This document shows positions 9,599-18,456 of a stretch of 64,000 nt of DNA, one piece after another (within the stretch, counting starts at the first letter, position 1; each line of letters starts with the position of its first letter). The notes below the pieces were generated by a model. That model did no database searches, was not told where the DNA came from, and saw only the letters and a list, made by a program, of their open reading frames with translations. Both the position numbers and the translations under genes were made by a program. The stretch comes from Candidatus Thorarchaeota archaeon. GTDB lineage: Archaea > Asgardarchaeota > Thorarchaeia > Thorarchaeales > Thorarchaeaceae. The stretch spans positions 32,001 to 96,000 of the forward strand of contig RDOC01000002.1 of the NCBI GenBank assembly GCA_011364985.1, read 5' to 3'.

Positions 9599-10195
9599 AT
9601 GAGATCGGAAATAGAGGAAACTGTCGAATGGGCACGAAACGAAGCTAGATTGAACATTGAGCGGATCTTCCAAGGAACCGAGCTCTTGGAACCAGTACAA
9701 TCGATGTTCGACCGGATCAGATGGGACATCATTGGCGAGAAAATCGAGAATATTTTTCCCGGGAACTTCCCGGGATCCATGGAGGATTGGCAGCTCTGGG
9801 TTGCGAATACAATGGCCGCGGCACTTCCGGAGACACAATCAACACCACAGAGAATTGACCCTGTACACACGAGTCAACTTGGCAAGGACTTTCAGAAGAT
9901 GCTGGAGAATCTGAGAAAGGCTCGAAAGGACTTTCTGTTGCAAGAACAGGGGCATATGCGTAAGGGGCAGACTGGAAGTATGGAGCAGCTCGTAAAGCCG
10001 CTCGTGAATAGCTTTCAGCAACAATCATCAGGAGAGAAGCTCACTGGCGTAGCAGCAATTGTTACAACCGTGGGAGCTATGATTGCCGTAGGCGCCGCTA
10101 CTACCACTGCAGGCACAATAGCAGCAGGTGTTCTTGCAGTAGGTGGAGGACTTGCGTTGGCAGGATGGGCCCAAAAGCTGTTGCCAAAGAAATGA
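9599..10195 (+). CDS. Hypothetical helical protein with a C-terminal Ala/Gly-rich hydrophobic hairpin
   Basis: 198-aa ORF with GGAG RBS just upstream; C-terminus GVAAIVTTVGAMIAVGAATTTAGTIAAGVLAVGGGLALAGW. Confidence 0.6.
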   Translation: MRSEIEETVEWARNEARLNIERIFQGTELLEPVQSMFDRIRWDIIGEKIENIFPGNFPGSMEDWQLWVANTMAAALPETQSTPQRIDPVHTSQLGKDFQKMLENLRKARKDFLLQEQGHMRKGQTGSMEQLVKPLVNSFQQQSSGEKLTGVAAIVTTVGAMIAVGAATTTAGTIAAGVLAVGGGLALAGWAQKLLPKK

Positions 10196-10886
10196 CCAGC
10201 CAATGTAATGTCACTTTTCGTCAGAAACGACCAATTTTGAGAGAAGGAGAAACTCTGAGTCCTCTTCTTTTTCTCTCCCCTTTTTGGGAGTACCATATTA
10301 GTGTGGAAACGGACTATCATACGGTAAAGGATCATGGCAACTCCGAAAAATTCAGAAACGGACTCCGTTACGAAACAGGCTTTCAGATACTTATCAGATC
10401 TGCTCCAAAGATTATGATGAATCCTTCGAGTATTCCAAGAATACGATCTCATCTAGGGGCGTATGAACAAGTATTTGGTTTTGACATTCCAAATCTTCAA
10501 GATGGATACTCCTTTTTCATCAATTCAGCAACCACTTACAAACTCGTCGCTTGCTGAACTAGAGATTCTGCATTATGAAGACAACGGAATGTGTTGGTTC
10601 GGACAATATGAGGAAGTCGGTTACATGAAATATGAAGAAATCAGCTTCTCCAAGGCTCAGGTCTGACTGGGATTTGGAGTGTCTGCGTCATTTATTCACT
10701 CATCTTCGAGTGTATGTTGGTAACACTGAAAGCGAGGGCCGTAAGCGATTTTGTGATGCTTTGAGCGTCTCATACCGCAAATAATCTGCAAGACGTAGGA
10801 ATGTTCACAGAAAACTCTGGGAGGCTTTATTTGGCAGTATCTGCAACTACCATAGAACGACTGTTCAAGTGATCGACTATGCGATC

Positions 10887-11747
10887 TTAGTTACTAGTCG
10901 AAGAGAATTTTGACCCCAAAAGATTGGATCGGACTCCGCCAATAGGAAGAGATACTTTGCCTTTTCTGTGGAGATATCCGAGAACAACCATAGTGGCAAG
11001 AAGACCTACAATAACGATCACCAGCATCGTATCAACAAGTTGGATGAGCGGTGCTGTTCCTTCACTTGTAACGGTGAGTACATCTGCGTCAGCAGTAAAT
11101 GTGACTGCTAAGGAGTAGTTGGATAACGTAGCCTGAGGAGCTAGCTCATTACTGTACTTCAGCAGCTCGATATCAACATCACCAACAATAATCTCAGTGC
11201 CATCATCCAATACAAAGCTCAATTCCCTAAAGACAAAAGTACCACCAAAATATGACATGTAACTTGAAACGGGATCTTCATCAATTCGCATTCCAGTAAA
11301 TACATGAGCCCCATCGGGAATGTAATCATTAATCATGAACATCGAGCTCGTATTGTATAAATCGTGAGCATAACCTGCGCTATCAGTCCACTTAGGATAA
11401 AAGGCCACATTATCTACTGCGATAAACTGCACAATGTTTCGACCAAGTGGAGTCTTCCCGTAGTAGAAACCAATATTGGCATACATTGTATGCCTTCGTC
11501 TTGGGACTTCGTTGATATCAGTGGGATAGCTATATTGAAGCCAATAAGATCCCCGGATGAAAAGGGCTTCAACTCCATCGGACAGTCTAAATGAGAAACG
11601 GTAGCCAAAATCATCGACCTTCTCTCTTGCATAAGAAGCGGCAAAACGGTTATTTTGCGGGTTGACTGCTTCAACATATGCAATGGGAAATACAGATACA
11701 AGGAGTGCAAGCAGAACGATTGTTGATTTGACTCTGACCGATTTCAT
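10887..11747 (-). CDS. Predicted surface protein (signal peptide plus C-terminal TM anchor)
   Basis: Basic then hydrophobic N-terminus ending VEA; beta-rich body; C-terminal MLVIVIVGLLATMVVLGYL followed by HRKGK. Confidence 0.75.
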   Translation of the reverse strand: MKSVRVKSTIVLLALLVSVFPIAYVEAVNPQNNRFAASYAREKVDDFGYRFSFRLSDGVEALFIRGSYWLQYSYPTDINEVPRRRHTMYANIGFYYGKTPLGRNIVQFIAVDNVAFYPKWTDSAGYAHDLYNTSSMFMINDYIPDGAHVFTGMRIDEDPVSSYMSYFGGTFVFRELSFVLDDGTEIIVGDVDIELLKYSNELAPQATLSNYSLAVTFTADADVLTVTSEGTAPLIQLVDTMLVIVIVGLLATMVVLGYLHRKGKVSLPIGGVRSNLLGSKFSSTSN

Positions 11748-11934
11748 TTCGACTTCATCTACTATATTGACTCATGTTTAGCCATTTTAGTAAAAGTGGT
11801 TGCTATAGAAGCAATTCCTTTCTTCAAGAATCTGTGTTCATTCTGATAGAAAAAAACCTTCTATCTCAGTACTAACTAGTAGACGAAAGCTTATTATCGG
11901 GACTTTGTGCACGCCCTCAAGCCTATTGCACAAC

Positions 11935-12070
11935 GGGGCGGTGGCCTAGTCCGGCATGGCGACGGGCTCCAGATCGGGGTTCACTTCGAACCTGAATTGT
12001 GGGGTCAGAACTGGCCGTCGTCGTAGAAGACACTCGTCGATCGTGGGTTCAAATCCCACTCGCCCCACCA
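11935..12070 (+). tRNA. tRNA-Trp(CCA) with a 59-nt intron at 37/38 (11973-12031)
   Basis: Acceptor GGGGCGG/TCGCCCC plus ACCA; anticodon stem ACGGG/CTCGT with CT-CCA-G; T arm GTGGG-TTCAAAT-CCCAC. Confidence 0.92.
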
Positions 12071-12115
12071 CCTCACTACTATATTGCTCAATATTACACG
12101 GATTGATGTTTTGCC

Positions 12116-12808
12116 ATGAATAATCGCCAGATGTCGCTTCAAGGAATTGCAGGAATCGATGAAGCTGGACGAGGACCAGTGGTGGGCCCAATGGTGATTT
12201 GTGGAGTTCTATTCATGCCCGATATTGTCCCCGAGCTCCGTGTTCTAGGTGTCAGAGATTCCAAGACCCTTACTCCACAGAGTCGTGAGAAGATGGTCAT
12301 TCCAATAAAGAAACTGGCAAAGAGATTTGCATTGAGGACAGTTGATGCCCTAGAGATTGACCAGCTTAGGGCTCGTGGAATTACTTTGAATGAGATAGAG
12401 CTGCAATCATTTGTTTCGATAGCGAAAGAATTACAGCCAGCTGAGCTTTATCTTGATGCAGCTGATGTAATAGCGGAACGCTTTGGCAACCAAATTGGTC
12501 AGAGAAGCTTCCTTTCAGAAAAGGGATGCAGAATAGTATCCGAGCACAAGGCTGATTCCAAGTATGAAGTTGTTGCGGCTGCATCAATAATCGCAAAAGT
12601 GCAGCGAGATACCCTAATCGCACAATTGCACAGTAAACATGGAGACTTCGGTTCTGGATATCCTAACGACCCAAGAACAGTGGACTTTATTCGAAAGATT
12701 GCGAAAAGCGGTAGTGAATTGCCAGATATCATTCGAAAATCATGGGAATCTGTCAGTCGTATTATGGAAGAGAACAACTCCATTCAAACGAATCTAGATA
12801 CTTCTTGA
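12116..12808 (+). CDS. rnhB: Ribonuclease HII
   Basis: GIDEAGRGPVVGPMV, DSKTL, HKADSKY..VAAASIIAKV.RD, GSGYPND. Confidence 0.96.
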   Translation: MNNRQMSLQGIAGIDEAGRGPVVGPMVICGVLFMPDIVPELRVLGVRDSKTLTPQSREKMVIPIKKLAKRFALRTVDALEIDQLRARGITLNEIELQSFVSIAKELQPAELYLDAADVIAERFGNQIGQRSFLSEKGCRIVSEHKADSKYEVVAAASIIAKVQRDTLIAQLHSKHGDFGSGYPNDPRTVDFIRKIAKSGSELPDIIRKSWESVSRIMEENNSIQTNLDTS

Positions 12809-12809
12809 G

Positions 12810-13802
12810 CTAGTGGTCCGAACGTTCCTCTATTATCTTTCTGAGTTCCTGTGGTTTTTCAATCTCGTCCAGCTCTAGCTGTCGTATAACAGGAAGAGCT
12901 GCAATACTCTCGTCAGCACTCCCTTCTTCAACGATGATTACTGCATCTGATTCTGTGACCTTTGAAACACTGCGTAGAATCTCAACGCGTTTTAGGGAAA
13001 GGAAACGAACAGGATCCTTTTCAGTTTGTGGACCACGCAAGGAACCTACAGTTGAAATTAGAGGTGGCCCCTCTTCCTTTGCAGCTACATGGAATGGTGC
13101 TCTATCAGTCCATATGATTTTCATGCCGAGCTTCTCGAAAAATTCATTGACACGCGTTTCTAGACTAGGCAGTTCTGTTGGCGTCTTCTGCTGGAATGAT
13201 TCTCTCTGTGAAAATGCTCCACCAAGTATGTCAACTGGAATGATTAGATCGGTTTCAAGAACTTGTTCAAGCTTTTCCGCAACATTCGAACTGATATCCA
13301 TCTCATTTCTTTCATATGCTAGTATCGCTCTCGCCGAAACGTGAATACAGCCTGCAAGTTCTTCCTTGCTCATCTCCCGAGATAGACGGATTTTCTTCAT
13401 TTTGGCACCATTAATAGAAACAAAGCGGCCGCCGCGTTGAACAAACTCATGTGGCATATTATTCTTTACGACCAGAGACTCAAAACTTGGAGCAGTGATT
13501 GTGGATACACCATGACGAGCATAGATGACACCTTGTTCCAGTTGTCCTCTTCTCGTCTTGGAGCCAATGATGAGTGGTACTGCATTGAAAAAGTGTGCCA
13601 CGAGTTGGAGGGCAAGCGCGTCTTCCTTCTGAAAACTGTCAACATTTGATAAAGCCTTGATGAGAACAAGCTGATCACCTTTCCTTGCAGCTATGTCAAA
13701 ACAGCTCGGTTTCACATCACAGGGCGAAGAAACATCGAACCCAGCTTCTTCTAGGTGAAATGTAACCTCATCGATTATCTGGGTTCGTCCCTTTGTCATC
13801 AT
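12810..13802 (-). CDS. Archaeal HTH (cro/C1-type) regulator with an N-terminal nuclease-like domain (COG1395-like)
   Basis: CFDIAARK..LIKALSNVD, RGGRFVSING, central HTH (SKEELAGCIHVSARAILAYE), RAPFHVAAK. Confidence 0.8.
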   Translation of the reverse strand: MMTKGRTQIIDEVTFHLEEAGFDVSSPCDVKPSCFDIAARKGDQLVLIKALSNVDSFQKEDALALQLVAHFFNAVPLIIGSKTRRGQLEQGVIYARHGVSTITAPSFESLVVKNNMPHEFVQRGGRFVSINGAKMKKIRLSREMSKEELAGCIHVSARAILAYERNEMDISSNVAEKLEQVLETDLIIPVDILGGAFSQRESFQQKTPTELPSLETRVNEFFEKLGMKIIWTDRAPFHVAAKEEGPPLISTVGSLRGPQTEKDPVRFLSLKRVEILRSVSKVTESDAVIIVEEGSADESIAALPVIRQLELDEIEKPQELRKIIEERSDH

Positions 13803-13890
13803 TCTGACCTTATGCTTGCCTTATTTCGTTGGTTTTTAGACATTGCTGAATGTAGATTTTTGATTCCAATGTATTCTTAGACTGATTTGT

Positions 13891-14334
13891 CTATTTCTCT
13901 GCAACCACCGTAACAAAGCCTATGCAAGTTGCTGACGGAAATCTCCGTCTTAATTCTTGGACCTGTGGTCGCATTATCTGTTCTATAGGTTTCCAAGAAC
14001 TCATTTCTTCCCATGGTAGGTCAATATATCCTAGGATATGATGAACGAGAAAGAGATCGAATCTTCCTCCTGAGATTGTATAGATGCCAGAGCCGTAATC
14101 CATTCGCCTCAGAATAAGTATTGGAAGCTTAATCTCTTCATGAAGATGTGATGGAACCTCTTTTGCCAGATTCTGTATCTCTTCCTTCTTGATAATCGAT
14201 TCTTGGCCAGTTCTAGTAAAGTATTTTGGCGATTCCAGTAGGAGAAGCGATTTCAGAGTGTGCCTGACTGCTGGCATATGGTCATTAATCGATTCAATTT
14301 CCCTTTCCAGCATTCGGTCTATGCCTGAGGTCAC
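13891..14334 (-). CDS. DUF61 family protein
   Basis: EIESINDHMP..R.TL..LL, IKLPILILRR; the GTG start overlaps the fibrillarin stop, a typical archaeal neighbourhood. Confidence 0.7.
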   Translation of the reverse strand: MTSGIDRMLEREIESINDHMPAVRHTLKSLLLLESPKYFTRTGQESIIKKEEIQNLAKEVPSHLHEEIKLPILILRRMDYGSGIYTISGGRFDLFLVHHILGYIDLPWEEMSSWKPIEQIMRPQVQELRRRFPSATCIGFVTVVAEK

Positions 14335-15029
14335 ATTATACCCTCCGTGACCCTGCAAAGCACAAGATGATGGTCCTTCTCAAGCGGTGCGAGATCGAGA
14401 TTTTCTATTATCTCTAGACCATAATCACTAAGTAAGGAGATTTCTTGACCTATGATATCATCCACACTCGATGTGGAATCAATACTTCTGGCCTTGATCG
14501 CAATCATTCCCCATGCTCCAAAAGATGTGAATTTCTTAATGTTCTCGAAAAAAATTCTTGCTTGGTCTGGTTGAGATAGGTCCTGATAGACAACATCCAT
14601 GGGACTTCCAACTAGTGCAGCATACCTTGCTGGGTATCTTGCATCATCCACAATTGGCACTATGTTTGTCCTGCTTTCAGCCAATTGAATAAGGTCTCTT
14701 GCAGTTCTTGCGGAGAACTCAACGGCATAGATTACCCCTTTAGGCCCAACGATATCAGAACAGTGGCTAACAGTAGTGCCTGAGGCTGCGCCCAGATACA
14801 GAACTCTTGAGCCTAGCTGGATTGGCATCTGAGTGATTCCCTTTTGGATGGCAGCGCCGAGCTTGGACCGTCTCGGAGCCCAAGGACGATAATCGCCATC
14901 ATCAGAATGAACTACTTTCTCACCGTACACGCTTTGGTTAGGAATAAGGCTACGTGTAGCAATCGATGTTCGTCCCTTCTCGGCTATTGTGAAAATGCCA
15001 GAGAATTTGTGATTTTCGATTCTTGGCAT
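14331..15029 (-). CDS. flpA: Fibrillarin (box C/D 2'-O-methyltransferase)
   Basis: VYGEK, RSKLGAAI, VLYLGAASGTTVSHCSDIVG, YAVEFS, IKARSIDS. Confidence 0.96.
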   Translation of the reverse strand: MPRIENHKFSGIFTIAEKGRTSIATRSLIPNQSVYGEKVVHSDDGDYRPWAPRRSKLGAAIQKGITQMPIQLGSRVLYLGAASGTTVSHCSDIVGPKGVIYAVEFSARTARDLIQLAESRTNIVPIVDDARYPARYAALVGSPMDVVYQDLSQPDQARIFFENIKKFTSFGAWGMIAIKARSIDSTSSVDDIIGQEISLLSDYGLEIIENLDLAPLEKDHHLVLCRVTEGIM

Positions 15030-16312
15030 TATTTTCTGCCTCCCTTCTTTCTCCCATGACTTCCTGACCGTTGTTTTGTTTGGTTTCGCTTGGGTCGTTT
15101 GAGCGGCTTCATGGGGGCTTTAGAAACCGGAGCCTCTGGATGTTGTCTTTTGATTTCTTCAACTCGCTCTAGGAATTTCTGGCGAAGAAAGTCTCCTATG
15201 TTCCTCTCTGAAAATGCATCAACACGAGCTGCAATTGAGATTCTCCCAGCCAGCGCCCTAGCAATCTTGCCACGGTGCCAATATGGAGCTGAGTGTATCT
15301 CCGGAACCTGATAGATTATGCCGTGTTTTGGAGGTGCAGCTCCTGTCTTAAGGCTCCTGAAAAGAGCCTTCTCTGCTCCAAGGATTTGCACAGTGCTCGA
15401 TGGTTTACGAGCAAGCTCTTCTAATGATCCGGCGAAACTTACGAGTCGTGCACCCACCAATGGACCGATGAGGGTGGTGATATTGGGTGCAACTTCATGC
15501 ATCATTTCCGAAATATACTCCTCAAGCTCCTTCCTCATTTGAAACAGGTCTTGCACATGTTCTGAAAGACTTCGGATGATCAAGAAGTCCTTTTCTTCTA
15601 ATGGTGCTCCAAGGTCTTTTCGAGAGGATTCCATGATGACTTGAAGTAGGTCGTAAGGAACTCCACCTAATTCAATGCACTCTTGAGTCAGGGATGTACT
15701 GCCACCGCAGTTCTTTACAATCCTAACATAGGTTTCATTATCTTCAACAAGCTGATCAAGGGACGGATGATGAAGAGAGTACCACTCCCGAAGTCGCATT
15801 GCTAGGACGTTGATTGACTTGTCAATCTCACCAATAGCATCGATTGCGTGTTTGATAAGAAGGTCCTTCTCCGCACTTGCCGAGGAGATTCTCTTTCGCG
15901 CAACTTCGATAGCAACAGACCGTCTAAAGGTGTAGACTTCTTGGAGGCTATCTAGCTTGCCAGTTTCCACCAAATAGGAGTCATGGTTGTCCCGAAACCA
16001 TTTTATGATGTCGGAGTCGGATTCCGTTGTGACCTGAATTTCTGTAAGCCTAGAGAGGGCCTTGTTTAGTGATGCATCCTCAACAACAACAATGTCAGGT
16101 TTGACAGACTCCAATTGACTGGCGACCTTCTGGAGCAATTCGGTCGATTCTCCCTCTGCAATAGCAACAGCTTCTCTGGCGGCCATCTCGATGCTTGGAT
16201 AGACTAGATGCTCTGCTATTACATTACTTTCTTTGTTCAAGAGTAGGAATCCGAAGCAAGTGAATAAGAGATGGACTGGCAAGTTTCTTTCCTCCAAAGG
16301 ACTGCATACCAA
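15029..16312 (-). CDS. nop5: Nop5 (Nop56/58) box C/D RNP protein
   Basis: RLREWYSLHHP, APNITTLIGPLVGARL, STVQILGAEKALF, PPKHGIIYQ, RGKIARALA; basic tail. Confidence 0.95.
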   Translation of the reverse strand: MVCSPLEERNLPVHLLFTCFGFLLLNKESNVIAEHLVYPSIEMAAREAVAIAEGESTELLQKVASQLESVKPDIVVVEDASLNKALSRLTEIQVTTESDSDIIKWFRDNHDSYLVETGKLDSLQEVYTFRRSVAIEVARKRISSASAEKDLLIKHAIDAIGEIDKSINVLAMRLREWYSLHHPSLDQLVEDNETYVRIVKNCGGSTSLTQECIELGGVPYDLLQVIMESSRKDLGAPLEEKDFLIIRSLSEHVQDLFQMRKELEEYISEMMHEVAPNITTLIGPLVGARLVSFAGSLEELARKPSSTVQILGAEKALFRSLKTGAAPPKHGIIYQVPEIHSAPYWHRGKIARALAGRISIAARVDAFSERNIGDFLRQKFLERVEEIKRQHPEAPVSKAPMKPLKRPKRNQTKQRSGSHGRKKGGRK

Positions 16313-16376
16313 ATCTGTTTGATTGTCGAATAAATCTGACTGTCGACCGTGATGTCAGTCGTACGGAAGAAGGCCG

Positions 16377-17297
16377 ATGCCATTGTGCTTATTACGGAAT
16401 AGCAAACTCACAGCCCAAGGTGTATCATTGAAAATAGAGGGATATTGGTTAGCATCGGGTATTTTAGGTGTGACAGCCTCGATTCTAAAGCGCATAGGAC
16501 ACGCTGGTGCCGACGCAGTGGTCACAAAGTCAATCGGGAAGGTTCCAAGAAAAGGACACCAAGGACCAGTGCTTACTACTTCGCATGGGGGATTACTCAA
16601 TGCCGTTGGTTTGACAAACCCTGGCATAGATGAATTTGCAGAAGAGATGAATTTGCTCACCTCCTCTGATGTGCCTGTAGTTTTGAGTATCTTTGGTTCG
16701 TCAATAGATGAAACAGTTGAAGTTGCATGCAAGGGGGCCAATTTGGGACCTGATGCAATAGAACTCAATCTATCATGTCCACATGCAGAAATCAGTCAGA
16801 TTTCTCATGACCCTTTACTTACTCATGACTACGTAGAGGCCGTAAAGAGCGTGGTCAATTGTCAGGTCTTTGCTAAGATCAGTCCAAATGTGTCAGATAT
16901 TGTCGCTATCGGCAAAGCAGCAGAAAAAGCTGGGGCAGATGCAGTTGTGGCGATCAATACATTGAAAGGAATGAAAATAGACATTCAGCAGAAACGGCCC
17001 GTTCTTGGGAATAAGATTGGAGGGCTCTCAGGCCCACCCATCTTCCCGATAGCAATTCGAGCCGTTTACGAACTGTACGAGTGTCTATCAATACCGATAA
17101 TTGGTGTTGGGGGAGTATCCTCTTGGGAGGATGCAGTAGAAATGCATCTTGCGGGAGCGAGTGCAATACAGATTGGCTCTGCCCTCCTTCAAGGAATGTC
17201 GGTCTTTAGGGAAATACGAGAAGGTGTTCAGCAGTACTTGAAGACTCAAGGATTCTCTCGTACTTCTGAGATAATTGGAATTGCAGGAGAAAAATGA
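16377..17297 (+). CDS. pyrD: Dihydroorotate dehydrogenase 1B, catalytic subunit
   Basis: LASG, VTKS, NAVGLTNPG, ELNLSCPH, AINT, GGLSG, IIGVGGV. Confidence 0.95.
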   Translation: MPLCLLRNSKLTAQGVSLKIEGYWLASGILGVTASILKRIGHAGADAVVTKSIGKVPRKGHQGPVLTTSHGGLLNAVGLTNPGIDEFAEEMNLLTSSDVPVVLSIFGSSIDETVEVACKGANLGPDAIELNLSCPHAEISQISHDPLLTHDYVEAVKSVVNCQVFAKISPNVSDIVAIGKAAEKAGADAVVAINTLKGMKIDIQQKRPVLGNKIGGLSGPPIFPIAIRAVYELYECLSIPIIGVGGVSSWEDAVEMHLAGASAIQIGSALLQGMSVFREIREGVQQYLKTQGFSRTSEIIGIAGEK

Positions 17298-18124
17298 CAG
17301 TGAATCTTGGTGACCTAGTGCAGCAAATTGGGTCTGTTGAAATCACAAGGGTAGTAGAAGAGAACTTGCTGGTTCGTACGCTCTATTTTGAACTGCAGAG
17401 CCCCGAGATTGATATTCGACCAGGCCAATTCCTTATGGTGTGGATACCAGGAGTAGACGAGATTCCAATGAGTGTGTCTTCTTGGAACAAACCTGAAGCC
17501 GGGATAACTGTTCTTCCAGTTGGGGAAGCAACGAAATCAATGACCAGATTGAAAAAGGGAGATTCTGTTGGAATTCGTGGGCCATTCGGAACTAGCTTCC
17601 AGCCATCATATAGAAAACAACTTGTTGTTGGAGGAGGCATAGGAATAGCACCTCTAAGGTTTCTAGTCAGAACGCTAGTTGGACGTAGCTCAGAAGTCAC
17701 ACTCATAGCTGCGGCTAGGTCTGCCAGTAATCTCATATTCTTAGATGAGTTGAAGGGTATATCCAACCAAAAATTCCAACTCATCATATCTACTGATGAC
17801 GGAACAGCTGGATTCAATGGATTGGCAACTGATGTAGCTAAGGAGCTGTTATCTGAGCAGCAGTTTGGTGGAATATGCACCTGTGGCCCAGAACCGATGA
17901 TGGCAAAACTGTTTGGGTTGGCACAATCAACAAAAATAGAGTTTCAAGCTTCCCTTGAGAGATTTATGAAGTGTGGTTGCGGTCTTTGTGGGACCTGCTC
18001 ATTGGACCCCAATGGTGATCTAGTCTGTATTGATGGTCCTGTCTTTACAGGAAACCAGCTTGCCAAAATAGATGAATTTGGACGGTATCAAAGAAATGCT
18101 ATGGGAATTAAAATGAAGTTTTGA
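17294..18124 (+). CDS. pyrK: Dihydroorotate dehydrogenase electron-transfer subunit
   Basis: PGQFLMVWIPG, RGPFG, GGGIGIAPL, CGPEPMM, ER.MKCGCGLCGTC...CIDGPVF (2Fe-2S). Confidence 0.94.
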   Translation: MTVNLGDLVQQIGSVEITRVVEENLLVRTLYFELQSPEIDIRPGQFLMVWIPGVDEIPMSVSSWNKPEAGITVLPVGEATKSMTRLKKGDSVGIRGPFGTSFQPSYRKQLVVGGGIGIAPLRFLVRTLVGRSSEVTLIAAARSASNLIFLDELKGISNQKFQLIISTDDGTAGFNGLATDVAKELLSEQQFGGICTCGPEPMMAKLFGLAQSTKIEFQASLERFMKCGCGLCGTCSLDPNGDLVCIDGPVFTGNQLAKIDEFGRYQRNAMGIKMKF

Positions 18125-18161
18125 ATCAGAGAAGAAATAGAAAACGGCCTGAATCTGGCAT

Positions 18162-18323
18162 TTATTTCATCTGACCGGTGACTCTTCCCTTTACCATCCT
18201 CTTGACAAAGTTTTTCTTGTTGCGCACTCTAGGAATGGGTGTGTGGCGTTCGCGTCCTTGAACTTTCGGTGTGGACTCTCGAACCTTTCCAGCCTTTGTA
18301 AGTGAGCCGTGTGAACCTGGCAT
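18162..18323 (-). CDS. rps30e: Ribosomal protein eS30 (53 aa; below the ORF-track cutoff)
   Basis: Manual translation [53 protein letters not shown]; HGSL.KAGKVR..TPK signature; GAGGT RBS upstream. Confidence 0.95.
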   Translation of the reverse strand: MPGSHGSLTKAGKVRESTPKVQGRERHTPIPRVRNKKNFVKRMVKGRVTGQMK

Positions 18324-18456
18324 TCATGTCTACCTCTTTGAGTAGTTAGTTTTGCAAAGGTTGCTGTTTTAAGGCTTGTCGTGTGGAGAGCTTTACAGAA
18401 GTGTTGGTAACAGTTGGACCACATGGTTTAACCGGATAAAGACACTTGGCAACATT

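Noticed and set aside
11946-12191. ORFs overlapping tRNA genes (also 20121-20396 and 53470-53707)
   Set aside because: Spurious frames across tRNA-Trp, tRNA-Ser and tRNA-Pro.
18191-18424. 77-aa minus-strand ORF in the track
   Set aside because: Wrong frame; the real gene is eS30 at 18162-18323.
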